This document shows positions 24,929 to 38,600 of a DNA stretch of 64,000 nucleotides, one piece after another. The DNA is from Takakia lepidozioides (lineage: Eukaryota > Plantae > Bryophyta). The stretch covers positions 53,506,001-53,570,000 of the forward strand of contig CM060731.1 in the NCBI GenBank assembly GCA_030704615.1, given 5' to 3'. The notes beneath the pieces were generated by a model. That model was not told where the DNA came from. It ran no database searches and was given only the letters and a program-made list of their open reading frames with translations. Position 1 is the first letter of the stretch. Each line of letters opens with the position of its first letter. Position numbers and translations under genes: made by a program.

Positions 24929-27900
24929 CACTAGAAGAAAAACGCGGAATAACCACTGGCCCCCTTAACCACTATTGTCTTTTATCACTCTATAAATCAC
25001 TCCAAGTAATGGTAACAACTGGTCAGTGGTTAATTCCGATGAAATGCCACGGTGGCATCATATGGAGTGGTTGGAAGTGGTTTCAACCACTAAGTAATCC
25101 ACGTGTAATATTTAATTTTATATTTATTATTCGACATTTAGTCAAATATTTATATTAATAATGATAATATCCGACATGGACGGGTACAGTGATAAATTAT
25201 GAGTGGTTAAAGACACCTCAGTGATGGGAAGTGGTTGAAACCACTTTCTACTCCACGTGTAATAATTTTTTTTTAAAGATTTTTATCATTTCAAAATATA
25301 TTATTCCACGTGGACGAGGATAGTATACGTAGATCTGGAGTGGTTAAAGACCCCCCAGTGATTGGTACCACTTGCACAGTGGTGGAATGTGAATGGTTAA
25401 GACCCTTTTGTAACTGGAACCACTCTTCAAGTGGGCACTTGTGAGTGGTTACATACACATGAGTGATTGATACTACGTCTGTGTGGGTTGTGAGTGGTTG
25501 AAGACACATGAGTGATGGGAGGTGATTGAAACCACTTGCTACTCCACGTGTAATAATTCAATTTTTATTTAAGATTTATCATTTCAAAATATATTAAATT
25601 ATGAACTATATTATTCCACGTGGACGGGGACAGTATACGTAAATCTGGAGTGGTTAAAGACCCCCATTGATTGGTACCACTTTGAGAGTGGTGTAGAATG
25701 AGTGGTTACAGACCATTTAGTAATTGGAACCACTCGGCCAGTGGTTACGCGTTAGTGATTACATACACACCAATGATTGGTATTACTTCTGTGGTGAAAA
25801 ACTTTAGTGGTTTGTGTGTTGATGGAAAACCCAAAATCCATCCATCTATCGCTACATTCATCCATCCAGTCATGAGTGAGGGGACTTAGAGTTTTTTTTG
25901 TCTTCCCTGCCATTGTGGCATCTGTTTGTTTTCTTTGTGTCGAGTTTGATCATGCAAGACAAACATGACAGAGCTATGTTTGTTTTCTTATAGTGTCGAG
26001 TCTGATCATGAGAGATGACGAGCGGAGCTGGTGGGATAGGGACAAACATGGACTCAAGACCTAGAATCGGGGCATGAAGGCGTGCACGATGATGGGACAA
26101 CCGCGATCGCAAGGTGTGGCTTTTCTCAATGTACAATGACGAGCGGAGCTGGTGGGATAGGGGGCAGACAGGGACTCAAGCCCTAGAATCGGGGCATGAA
26201 GGCATGCACGATGGTGGGACAACCGCGATCGCGGGGTTTGATACTCATGGGAGAAGGAACATCATTCTGAATTACAGTAGGAGGTCATGAAAGTGCTTGA
26301 GTGCTATGGAAGGGTGTCTCTGCTGGTGAAGTGTTGCTGGTGTACTGCCTTTAGATGTTGCTCATGCTAGCGGTACAATCATTAAAGTAGGGGATGCCTT
26401 GTATGAAGAGATGGTGAAAGGATTGTTGAACATCTGCTGAACTTAGTTGGAAGGAGAACACAAATGAAGGATAGTGGGGAAGAATGCCAATGACATATGA
26501 AGAGGGGCAATGTACCTACTATGGGCGGGTAGGCTGTAGCTTTTCTGAAAGAAGATATTAGGTGGCATGCATTTGTTCCCTACTGCTTGTATCAATCAGC
26601 TTAGGAATATTCATAGACTGAGATCTACAATCAGTGGGGCATAAGGGTCTTTCAAATAAAATGCAGTTTTAAGGAGGAGTTAAAAGTGGGGGCTTTGTGA
26701 TATCATGCCCTCTTCATGCAAAGGGAAAGAGAAGAGAAATCTGAAATAGAGAAGCTAGGGTTTTGCATTTTCATTTAAGTAGATGTGATTGACGTCAAAA
26801 CACCGTGCATCAGTGTACAATCCATGGGCAGGATATGAAGGGGTAGCAATGTCATGCCAAAGGGGATCTGTTTCTTAGATAGCTGTAGTATTAATAAAGA
26901 ATGAAAAGGAGAGCTCATGTGTAGAAACTAGGGCCTTTGCATTCTGGTTTACAGTAGAGTAAGTGGCACACATATTTCTGCATCACTTACCTAGTCCAAG
27001 TATGGGCCAGTGGGGTATCTCTGATATGCTTACACTGTGGATAGGATCTGAATCTGTATAAGGATCAGAATGTACACCCTGTGATTTTCCAATGATGACA
27101 TCTGTAGGGAAGAAGAACCCTGGCATATATGACGATCTGTTCACTAAAGAGACCCAATAACAATTTAGATAACCTCAGCCCTATCCATGTCTTCTCTTCC
27201 GCTGCGGCATGGATAAGGGTATAAAGTCTCTGGTCATAAATAGATTTAGAATGAATTAAGTAGGGTCTGAGTCATTTTAGAAAGAGCAAGTAGGTTGATG
27301 TCATAGGGCAGGGCCATGGATCACTGCTCAAGAAATAGTTAACTAGTTTACCAGAAGGTTTCATGCCCCTTCTTTTTCACACTACAGTGTGGCTTTTCCT
27401 TAATGTAGGATGTGAAGAAGTTTGTCCATCCTGCAAATGTGGGCTTTTGGCTCCTAAGGTTCTTGGGAGAATCAGCTTGGTCTTAGCAGCCCGCTGATTC
27501 AGTTCCTGATTCAACCTATTTCAGCCTGTTTTGCCCTCTTATCAGACTCGGGCCTGATATGCATATTGAATTCTGTAAGTTAGCTTGTTGGTGCTAGAGA
27601 GAGAGTCAGGTTGGTCTTAGCAGGCCGTGAGGGCACCTTCTTCTTCAACCTATTTCAGACTGTTTTGCCCTCTTTTCAGACTCGGGCCTGATATGCATAT
27701 TGAAATTTGTAAGTTAGCTCGTTGGTGCAAGAGAGAGAGTCAGCTTGGTCTTAGCAAGCCGTGCCTTGTTCAAAGCTGGAATTGTACCTAATGTCATTTT
27801 GAACACTGCTTGGCAGCTCTGGAAAAGGGGAAAGAGGTCGACATGCTTGCAAAATGAAGGCCTTGCTTGGTGTCTGCAGAATCCATGACAATGTGGAGAT

Positions 27901-28514
27901 GGCTGAACGTGCGGCATGAAGGTACCTTCTTCAACACATTTCACCCTGTTTTTCCCTGTTACCAAAGTAGTCCCTAAATTTTCATGTAGAATTTTGCAAG
28001 TTAGCTCATTTGTGATGTGAGGTTGCATGAGTTTTATACCGATCCTTCACGATGGTGGGACAACCGCAATCACCAGGTGTGGCTTTTCTTAATGTACGAT
28101 GTGAAGAAGTTCGTCCATCCTGGAAAGGTGGGCTCTTCGTACCTTTGAGTACCATGATTTGGTATTCTTCCTAATGTTTACAAGGTTATTGGGAGAGTCA
28201 GCTTGGAGGTCTTAGATTCCATGGAGCTGGCGGGACAACAATATTGGCTGCTGGTGAGGACGTCTGCTCCACCGAGAGTGCTGGTAAGGGTGACAGTAGG
28301 GGGTTGGCAGATCAGCATGTGAAGCCAACTTCCCCACAGAAAGAGGTACGCCCTCAAAGACTTTATCTTGGTTCCTGTCCTTGGGCTTTCTGTTTTTTAC
28401 TCTGAAAACATTTCATGAATGATCTATTTATTGGTGTGTGCCATGAATTCTATGTCTTTTACCACTCAAAATAAGTGGTTAATAGAGTGGTTATTCCGTG
28501 TTTTTCTTCTAGTG
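24929..28514. mobile_element. Non-autonomous CACTA (En/Spm) element, 3586 bp, inserted in the Gypsy integrase and carrying captured fragments
   Basis: TIRs CACTAGAAGAAAAACGCGGAATAACCACT / AGTGGTTATTCCGTGTTTTTCTTCTAGTG. 3-bp TSD AAG at 24926-24928 and 28515-28517. Many AACCACT/AGTGGTT subterminal repeats. The integrase reads QQNRSK|YKKQAGLLQPLPIP across it. Confidence 0.96.
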
Positions 28515-29180
28515 AAGTACAAAAAGCAAGCGGGGCTGTTACAACCCTTGCCGATTCCAGAGGGGTCTTGGGAAAGTGTCTCGATGGATTTCATGACTGT
28601 TATGCCGCTGTAAAAAGGATTCGATGCAATCATGGTGGTGGTGGATAGGTTCAGTAAAATGGGCCATTTCATTCCCACCAAAGAGACGGCAACGGCGCAG
28701 GAGACGCGACGACTTTATTTCGCCCACGTCTTCAAGCATCATGGATTCCCGAAGGATATCGTCTCCGACTGCGATCCAAAGTTTACAAGTAAATTTTGGA
28801 GAGCATTTTGGAAGAAAATGGGGACGAGGCTCAAGATGAGCACCGCCTTCTGACCTACGACGGACGGCCAAACGGAAAGAGTGAATTCCGCGGTGAAGCA
28901 GATCTTGCGGAATTATGTGTCGGCAGACCAATCAGACTGGGTGGAGCACTTGGATGCGGCAGAGTTTTGATATTATAACACGAAACACTCCGCAACGGGA
29001 GTTTCCTCTTTCGTATTGGTCTATGGAAAAACACCTCTGGTGCCGACAAGTTGGGCCGCCCAGGACGTTGAGGAACTGACAGCAACAGTGGTGCTGGAAG
29101 AACGCGAGCATTTGTTGGAGCTCGCAAAGTACAACATTGCCAAAGCTAGGAAACGGTATGAACGGCAGGCGAATCGAAAG
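28515..29180 (+). pseudogene. Gypsy integrase catalytic core (rve), with stops
   Basis: [63 protein letters not shown]. Confidence 0.93.
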
Positions 29181-30247
29181 TTTGGGAGTTAGGCGCGCGC
29201 ATCAAAGTGAGTAACTATGACTTGAAGGGGAGCTTACCGAAGTGAGGTGCGCGACACAGGTGATAGTCGAGGATGGTGAAATGAGATAGCACGGTAGATG
29301 ATTGGCAAAGAAATCCTGGATTTTAGCCATGAGCATGCACTGAGGGCTGCTGTTGGGGGGACACTTTTCAATGAAACTTAACACATCTTGATTGGTGATC
29401 CACAGAGATTCCAAATCATGCCTATCTTCAGATGTAATGAGGATTGAGGCTGGGGGGCCTATTTTGAAGACAATGGGGGTAACACAAGAGGCTTTGGGAG
29501 CCTCGTTGGTGGACAAGGCTGAGCAGCCTGGCAGCATAAGGTCTTGGAAGGATTGTATGGATTTTAGAACAATGGCCACCATCGGACTGCCTGCAATTGC
29601 TGAAGGAGAGAGCTTCATAGCACGGTCCGCCTCTTGGGAGAAAAGAGCTGAGGGAGGTGGAGGGAGATTGGAGGCCTGCGTTGTGATGAGGGGGGGACAC
29701 TTGTGGGCGATAGGAGGGGCAGTCAGTGAGCAGCTAGCCTCTAGATGCACATTTAAGCATTCTTCGCTGATTTTTTGTGACAACCTCGACATCCCATACG
29801 GTTCATCCTATACCTGCCCTGTCTCATTCATCATTTTGTGCGTGTTATCGACGCCTTAGCGCCTTAACTTTGTTTCCCCCCTCTCAGCTGTCGGCTGATA
29901 TTCAGTGACGTTTTGAGCTGTCTCTTTCACTCCATTTGGAGCTAACTCTGAGCGCTACATTCCCCTAGGCTCTCGTTACGTGGTAGTTAGTGGCATTGTG
30001 TTCATCCTGGCTCCAACTCCACTTGACATCCCTGTTAATTTCCACAGTAGAGCCAACAGAGAGTCTGCATTGCCAGCTTAAATCTCCCTGTAGAGTCAAG
30101 CTGTTTCTTCAATTTCTAGTCTAGCTCTCAGTTCTCAGTCTAGCTCCCTCAATTCCCTTTCTGCTTTTCTCCTTTCTAGCTGAATACAATTCAGTCGTTA
30201 GTACTGTCTTTCTCAGAGTCCCAGATCCTTCCCCTGCACCTTTCTGT

Positions 30248-31260
30248 GTGTTGCGTGCCATGGCTCCGAATACCATGTTCCATTGCTCCAAGTCCTCAGA
30301 CCGCCCTCGTCGCCATTCGGGTCAGTCAAGCAGGCACCCACCTAGTGGGTCCCAGCCCAGCTCAAGCCGGGGCTTCTACAGGGCCCACCAAGAAAGATCG
30401 GCTAGCACAAGGCAGATTTATAGGCCTAAGCAAATCCCGCCACCTTTGACGGATCAGCCCCTGAAAGTCCACATCAGTGAGGCAAAGCCCCCGCCTATCC
30501 AGGAGCGGTGCGTCTCCCTTCCAGTGCCAAAAGAAGAGGAGTTTTTCATTGACCCCCTGGAGGAGCCGCGGGCAATGAGCAATGTCTTTCCCCTTATCAA
30601 GATGGATATACAGGACCTGCACATCAGAATCCTAGGTATGGAGAACTCTAGTGTTTTGCTACACTTTCCTGGCAGAAAGGTTAAGAGATCTTATGTGAGG
30701 GACTCGGCGATCCGCTACCTCGGGGCCCGGGAGAGCTTAACCATCACTTCTGCATTGCCAAAGGACGAGGATTCTTTTCAGTAATGTTTGAATCAGCTGC
30801 AGGGCAGCCAAGGCTCTGCAATTCAACCCGCATCAGAAGGGTTTTAACGTAAATACCTTTCCTTGGTCGTCTAAGCTAGGCAACAAAAACGACAAGTTAT
30901 GGGGGCCTAGAGTCGTTTCTATACCATTTATCCCATATTAGTACCTGGCAAATTTGCCAACCATTTTGGAGAGTACTTGGGCTGTCTAGGGGTATTCGAC
31001 CCCCTCATGAACACAGATGTCCTCGGGAGAAAGCCATCATGGAAATCGGCCACCATTGCAACAAAAATGAATGAAGATGGCTGCCCCAAAATGGTGTTGA
31101 TGATGCCTTATGAAGCAGTGCTGCCTGACTATGTGAGACTGCCAATCGACACCGACGGAAACTACTTCACAATTCCGTTATTGAAGATGCATCTTACTCA
31201 ACATGCTTTGGCTATGGAATGGACACATCAAGGTCAATTGCCCTTTCAGTAAGAGAAAAA
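30248..31260 (+). mobile_element. Probable ORF1 remnant of a second (+ strand) LINE with a degenerate zinc knuckle
   Basis: Broken ORFs ending in TCFGYG../GHIKVNCP, a frameshifted CCHC-like motif, at ~31200-31250. A + strand endonuclease remnant lies downstream at 33.4-34.5 kb. Confidence 0.45.
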
Positions 31261-32369
31261 AGTCTCCAAATTAGGGCCTACGGCTAACCCACACGCCTCT
31301 TCTCACTCTCTCTCCCCCCCCCCCCCCCCCCCCCACCCTTCCAGCTAAACCCCCCTTCCCCTCACACTCTCTGCTGTCACCAAACCCATCTTTATCTGCT
31401 GATCTTCTGCAATTTAGTCCTGTACACATTGCCAAAAAACAAAAAGACCCCTTGGATTTACCCAAATCATAGAAAACCATACAAACCATGTGTTTAAAGT
31501 TTGGACTCCATTCACTCCCAAGGAGGCCCTTCTCCAGTTGTTGATTAGTTGAGAGAGTCCATACGAGAGAGACGAAGCGACCATTGGGCCTCACTCTCAC
31601 CGCGAAACGCGGAGCCCCCATCATCTACCCTAACCTCAACCCCTTCCTCCTTTTTTACTAAAAGTGTTAAATATATCATATCTATCATCTAAAATTAAAT
31701 ATTTGGATAAATTCCCTCAATTTGAGGTACCTATATAGACTTTCATGGAGGAAAAATCTGCCGCTTTTGGTCCACCGTACCCTACAACTGCCCGAATCTA
31801 TCAAGAACGTGATGTGGCGCTCCGCGTTTTGTAGTGAGGGAGACTGGGACTTAGCCGTTTTCGTGCATCTAAGTTTCTTCTTGCTCTCTCTCATCCTGCG
31901 GTTCTCTTCTTCATCCCCCAAAACACCCCTATCTCTATTTTTCTTCCCTCTAGACTTCCTCCTAAAGGCTTCTCATTGTTCTTTCTTCATCTCCCCGTGC
32001 CCTCCTCATTCTCGGTAGTGGCTGTCACTCCAGTTACTTCCACTCTATTGATGATTAGCAACTCTGCGTGGTGGTTCTCTCCCACGCTCGTTATTCGATG
32101 CGCATTGTGGCACAATTCATCTCCCTATTAACTTCACGCCAACATGCATCCCAACCTTCCTCTATCTCTTCTGATACAGGGCACTCTCGCCCTGTGGTGT
32201 GAAGTTTAATGCCTTCGGCGGCAATTCACGCCTCTCTCCCTTATGGCTATGTTCTATGTTCTGAGCCCCATGCTCTTCGCTCTCATTGCCCCATTTGCTC
32301 TTCCCTCCTCCTAGTGCTCTTGCTCTTATCGTGCTTCTTCTCACCCCGTTTGCTATCTTCTCTCTTCTT

Positions 32370-33403
32370 AGTGGAAGTGACATTAGCCGCCTTCAATACG
32401 TCTTTCAACGTCCCGCCAAACTGCGCCAACAACCCTTCCTAAAAGGCTGCTAGCATGGGAGGCATCTGTTGGTCTGTCGGAACTCTCAGGGATTCTTCGG
32501 GCTCTAACTCCTCAGATTCCTCTCGTTCTTGAGTGGCCTCGCTTTCAAAAGCATGCATTGCTTCCTCAAATGGCCGCTTCAGTGACACGTCGCCCCTATC
32601 GGGCTCACCAGGATCATCGTCTTTCGGGCCGTTCCCTTTCGCTTTGGCTTGCCCGACCCCATGATGAGGTCGATCTCAAGGACGATCGCGTACTGAACTC
32701 GCTCTGATTCCAAGTGTCGCTCACCTCACTTCGGTAAGCTCCCTTCAAGTCATAGTTACTCGCTTTGATGCGCGCGCCTAACTCCCAACCTGGCCGCCGG
32801 GCCAACTCGGAGCTTCGGCTGCTCACCGGGACATAACGGTCCCCCTTTACTCTTCCAAGAAACCCTCCACCAATTTGGGCCTAGTGGAAATTCCATTTGG
32901 TAGATGGCAGTCCGGAATAGCTCCCTACTCCTTGGTCGCTTTCCGGCTCGCTCGCTTACTCACTAGTTTTTGGTCACCAACGGGCTTGCACCGTTCTTGG
33001 GGTTACTACTCCCTATATATACTTCTGTGACTGTCCGCGGGGGTTTTACAAACAACCATGCCATTTTATGGCGAACCACCACGAAGACCCTCGATTCCCA
33101 GTGATGAGTCGCGGTGAGTCTTGGCCCACCCACCATGGCCCCATTGGACCGTGATGAGTCCCAAGATTCCCCACGACTCCCACCACAACGTCTCCGCCCC
33201 ATGGTGAGTCATATGCCACCCCCACTAAGTCCCACTAAGCTACCACCACCCCTTTGTGGAGCCACCCCACCGCAACCCAGTGTGCGGGGCTCCACCTAGT
33301 AAGCGCCTCCGCCTCCTTGAGTGCCTTGGGCACTCAAGGGTGCTTCAGCCCCCGCATCTATTGTTGCCACTGCCCCCACCACAAGGGCAGCCCCTCTCGT
33401 GTC
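32370..33403 (-). mobile_element. Truncated Gypsy copy of the same family: LTR (32715-33403, outer end missing), PBS remnant (32701-32712) and start of gag
   Basis: Near-identity to the LTR at 18352-19075. gctctgattcca is the reverse complement of TGGAATCAGAGC. The gag matches 21900-22200. Confidence 0.92.
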
Positions 33404-33409
33404 AAAGCT

Positions 33410-34500
33410 AGACGCCAGGAAGATAGCCTCCTTAAGCATTCGATATGGCCGATCGCCTCCTCCTAGTGGAGTTATTGATTCCAGAGAAGGCACGGCCATT
33501 CTATTGCACCATCCTTAGCGTCTGATTTTCTTAAAGTAGAATCCTGGCTCCCGGGGCGAGCTCAATGTGCTTTCACCTCCGCTTCCTCGATTTTTCCTTC
33601 CACAGGCTTTATCAATATTTATGCCCCCAATTTTGTTTCGGATCGATTCGGTTTTTGGTCGCTTCTCATTGAACAATATTAGGGTCCGCGCATGTGGCTG
33701 CGGTCCGGCCGATCTGTTGTTGGGTCTGCCCGGCAAGCTAGTCTGCTGGGGCCCACAATATGCACATAAAGCATTAGTTATCGCAAGGCTATGCAAAAAG
33801 CGGTGGCTAGTGTGGTGGTTAAGAACAATGAACAATACACATGAGGTTTGGTGTCCAAATCGTGTGAGGTTGTACCGCGGTAGTAATGTAGTAATTTGTG
33901 TTATTAAATATATATTTTATCGAAGGGTATGCAAGTCCGCTTGTCCGTCTGCTGGAGGGTGTGCCCAGTCCGCTCGTCGGTCTCCTGGAGGGTCTGCCGG
34001 TCTGCGGAGGAGGGTATGCATGTCCGCTAGAAGGTAGGAGTCGGTCTGTTGAAGGGTCTACGCAGTCCGCCGGAAGGTCTGCCGTGGCAGATGAAGAAGG
34101 ACTAAGAAAAATTTCAGAATTGGCCGACCAGGTGAATGGGCGGTGGGTTTATGAGCTCACCCCTGGGCCATGCTGGCGGGGCCATAGGTGCATTCAAGAC
34201 CCTAATATTAAAAAATGAGTGGAGTTTTGGTCCAAGTATGCTTCACTTTCTTAAATAATCCCAAGGTAGCTAACTGGGTATTAGCAGGTGATTTTAATAT
34301 GTTTGATTGTTTGGCCGTTAGGCTTGGCTCCTCTGCGCAATGTCTGTCTGGGGAAGAGCAATCTGTTTGGGACAGACTCTGTTTATCAGTAGGCCTGTCC
34401 GATTGCTTCCTCCCAAGCAGAGCTTGCCTTAGATTCACTTGGTCTAACAATAGGGCTCCTCCAGATCTGTCAATGGCCAGACTGGACAATAGTTAATTGT
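33410..34500 (+). mobile_element. LINE endonuclease remnant, interrupted at 33536-34246
   Basis: REGTAILLH, WVLAGDFNM, FTWSNNRAPPDLSMARLD. Confidence 0.8.
33536..34246. mobile_element. Small Mutator-like insertion (711 bp)
   Basis: 9-bp direct repeat TTTCTTAAA on both sides (33527-33535, 34247-34255). G...C termini with only weak TIR similarity. Internal GTC(T/C)GC repeats. Confidence 0.6.
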
Positions 34501-35670
34501 TTCATGACATAGAATACATCAGTCTTTTTTAACCTTCCCGAAGGCTATTCTTCCTATTCTTCCTATCAGCATATAAATGTATAAGTTACCAGGCCAGTGC
34601 TTTGGATGGTTGTTCAACTCATCACAATGAAATGAAATTTTGTCATGGGCTGGTAAATGCTATTGTAACCAGTGTTAAACCTCCCGGGGTTGGAGAGTGG
34701 GGGAAGGGAGGGGAGGGGTGTCAAGCGCACATGCGGGCAGGCCCCCGCTCCTGCAGGTCAATGGGTGGAGGCACGCGGGAGCAGGCTCATTACTACGACG
34801 CATAAAAATGATTAAGATCCTTCGTAACGTAAGTCATGCATGGCAGGAGAGTTTGAAGCGTAGAGACCAAGTTGGCGCACATCATGAGTGAGCCATAACA
34901 GCGCCTCACTCTCCCATTGTCGTCTCAGCGTGTCCGCCTTGTTGCAGCTGAACCCACATCTTCGTCTCTGTGATATAGTCCTGCTTCAATTGCCCTTCAC
35001 TTGTCTATTGAGGGACTTCTTTACGGCTGCCAAAGGTGCTGGAGTGGTGTAGTTGAACGAGCTCACTGCAGCTCAATGATTATATATACCACCCTAGACT
35101 CCCTTTCCTTCTCGTTCTGGCTGGTTCTCGGGCTGTTCTAGGGTAGAGTGGATACTCGTTACCGCGATAGCTCGAGTAGGACTTTGTTTCCTTCAGGATA
35201 GGAGAAATTGTAATTGAAAACAAGCTACGCCATACTGCTGCGTGAGTGGATACAGAGGACGTTGCACTGATCATATATCACGGATCAGGTCCGGAGGCTG
35301 GCTTCGGGTTATTTTCTGGTTCTACAAGTACCCACGATATGTATCGTAATCAAGAAATTTCAAGGTGCACTGACTTGCAGTTGTTGGATGCCAGAATAAG
35401 TGGTGTGTGCTTCAGTAACGTCACTGCAGTCGGCTCAGAGACGAGTGGGTTGCTTTAAAGAAGTGTCTAGGTGATTACACGAAGTCCAAGGAGATCGGAA
35501 GATCACTAAGGGAAGCTCATGTGCAACCAAATTGTCCGCGGAGCGAGCAGTAGTTTCCTTCTTACACTGAGCTTCCACCCCTGATCTGCTTCTCCTACCC
35601 TTTTCTCCAGTCCACATAAGGTGAACTCCTACTTTCCTCATATCTTTTTTGAAGGCAAAGGTGGAAAACC

Positions 35671-38600
35671 ATGGCGATGGAATCCCAGGACAGCGAGTTA
35701 GAAAAGGGCTACAATGCAAGACTACCAGGTTCGGCACAAGTAAACATGAGCCCATTGAGCGTGTCACTGTGGAGAGACAAAACCAACGGTGACAAAATGA
35801 GTGATGCCTCTGCCAGGCTTGTTTGGATGGACCTCTCGGTCACTGTTGCTGGAAAAGGCCCAATACTGCATGGCTTAACAGGTGCACAGCTCTCGCTTTC
35901 GCATGTATTCTTAGATTTGCATGTACTCCGGAGCCAGCGCCACACGGAATTGGTGACTGACGTCAACAGCTGTATCCAACTTAGTGCGTGGTGGGACTTA
36001 CAGGGTATGCCGAACAAGGCTCAATCTTGGCCATCATGGGGCCGTCAGGTTCGGGAAAATCCACACTGCTTGATGCTCTCTCAGGTACATAACTGCTGCA
36101 CAAGGTAAATTAGTGGGTCCTGCAAGTTGGTCGTCGTGTGAGAGCGGACCACATATAAATTGTGTGTATATATATATATGATCATATGTGGGTGGGACTA
36201 GCGGAATCAGCTTAGACTGGACATCATCTATGTACCTGATGAGACCGCTTTTGCATTTGTATGGCAAATTCAACAGTTTTTTGTTCAAGCCTTCTTCTCT
36301 GGCCTGATCTCTTTGTTGTTTGAACAGGAAGATTGGCTAAGAACACTTCACAGGCCGGGCGAATTTTTCTTAATGGACACCAGAGAACAACACTTTCTTA
36401 TGGAACTGCGGTATGTCCTGGATGAGAGAGAGAGAGAGAGAGAGAGGCTGGTTGAGGTGGCTGCCGCACCTATCTTGCTGAGTGGGATTTCTTAGTTCCC
36501 TTAACCTCAGGGGATGGGAATCTCTTATGTAGGGCTTTTTTTTTAATATGCAACAGGAAGATCCATCCCTGGCAAGAAACTTCCGTTCTCTAACATTTGC
36601 TGTGATCCTGACTGACAAGAGTACTCTGGCTGATTTTTGTGTTGACAGGCATATGTGACTCAAACAGATGACCTCACAGGTACATTGACAGTAAAAGAGA
36701 CGCTTTACTACTCAGCAAATTTGCGCCTGCCAGACAGGATGTCACGAGCTGAGAGGGAAGCAATTGTGGAGGGTACATTGCATGAGATGGGACTCCATGA
36801 TTGTGCAGATACCCCAGTTGGCAACTGGCATCTGCGGGGACTGAGTGGAGGTGAGAGGCGCCGGCTCAGCATTGCCCTGGAGATTTTGATTCGTCCTCGC
36901 CTTCTTTTCCTGGATGAGCCAACGAGTGGGTTGGACAGGTTGGTTTTGAACATCTAGTGGACTGAGGCAGCTTCCGTTTATGGCCAGAAGGAGCAAGAAT
37001 GTCTGAGCAGCCTTTGCGCGAAAGCATCTCTTGAAATGATTTTTTGATGCCACGACAGTACACCTGTTGCCATCTCATTTGATTGTAGATATTTGGATTG
37101 ACGAGGTCACTCCAGGTTGCATCGTAAACGTGAATCTGTGCAAGCTTCCACTTTGCAAGTTGTCTTTATCTGCTGATTTCCTTCTAAGGTTTGATCGTTT
37201 CAAATCCGTGGTTGCAGTGCTGCAGCTTGTTTTGTGGCGACAACATTGAGAAACCTAGCCAGAGACGGACGCACAGTAATTGCCTCCATACATCAGCCGA
37301 GCACTGAAGTGTTTAAATTGTTTGACAATCTATATTTACTCTCGGGTGGACAAACCATTTACTTTGGGGAGGCTGCAAGTGCTCGCGAGGTAAACATTGG
37401 TGAACTCAAAGAGAATATTACTGCATGTTAGTTCATCAATGATCTACCTTAAGCCTGTTTAATTGAAGTGACTGTTCTTGAGTAGCCTGGGCATGGGAGG
37501 GCTTGTTTGTGGGAGTATTCAAAGTTCAAGTTTCGTCTGTCTGTGGGTCTGCACAGTGACGATTGTACATGATGTGAACCTATGTACATCTTGATCTTCA
37601 CCACTCTATTCGATGAGCAGACAGGGTTACCAGTGTGTGTTGACATGGGATAGACTGATGGCTGTGCAGCATTTTGCAGCAACGGGCTTCCCCTGCCCAC
37701 CATTATGCAATCCATCAGATCACTATCTACGGGCCATTAATGCTGACTTTGATCAAGTGAAGAGCACCAGGCTCCAAGCCGCTGTCAAGATCAGTGTGAG
37801 TAGCCTTAAGTACTTGATCGAACTGGTTGTCCAGAAAAGGATGCTCAACATTTGCCATATGTAAATGCATCAGGGTGGCAATATATTCTCTGCATCTTAA
37901 GGGACAGTGGTTAACTTGATAGTATGAAGAATTACTGGGCCATGAAACTATGGGCAGTTAGTGGTATACTGGGATGAAGAGTGTAGACATGCAATTGCAC
38001 TGACCCAGTTGGCGTTGTCCAAAACTGTGCTTGTGCGCGTACATATGAGAGCCCGTTTTTCCAAATTTGAGTTGGAGGAATGTTTTGGAAACGTGGACAA
38101 TCCTTAGTTGTGAAAGGATTCTAATGTGTGAAATCCATAAATTTTTATTTTGCAAACTTCTCTCAATGTTTCTTAAACATGCAAATGAGCTGAAGGAAGT
38201 GCACTGTTTCTGGCATGCTATGAGCAGGATGTGCAGATTGTTGACCCACTGGACAAATTGAGCGCCCAGCAGTTGGTGAGGATACTTGTTGATGCGTATC
38301 AGAACAGTGACTATGCGATAGCAGCTGTATCTAAGGCTCATGAGATTTCACAGATTGTACGTGCTATTTCTCTCTGCTGCCCTTTCAGTGGTCAAAATTT
38401 GACTAATGATTTTTGCTTTTCTGCAATACCATTCGTATCACTAATAGGCGTGGTGGTTGGTGCCCAGAAAATAGCAAACCCCTCATTAATGTGGTTGTAG
38501 CTTTTATTAGGAAGCAAAAATGATCATACATGCTACTTAAAGCAAGGTTGCATAGCCTGCATCTCTCTTTTCTCTCTGATACATGCAAGCTAAATGTGTT

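Larger units (their letters stand above)
21019..29256 (+). mobile_element. Ty3/Gypsy LTR retrotransposon, decayed; partial LTR duplication 21019-21140, full 5' LTR 21141-21853, 3' LTR reduced to ~29179-29256
   Basis: TG...CA termini with 5-bp TSD CAGAT/CAGGT. PBS present. Internal order gag-PR-RT-RH-INT. Confidence 0.95.
20629..29792 (-). mobile_element. Upstream ORF (ORF1-like) of the same LINE, split by the Gypsy insertion into 29257-29792 and 20629-21018
   Basis: Removing 21019-29256 and one TSD copy joins ...LISPSSTIT to WGAYVEEHPYLNC... in one frame. It lies directly upstream of the endonuclease on the same strand. Confidence 0.6.
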
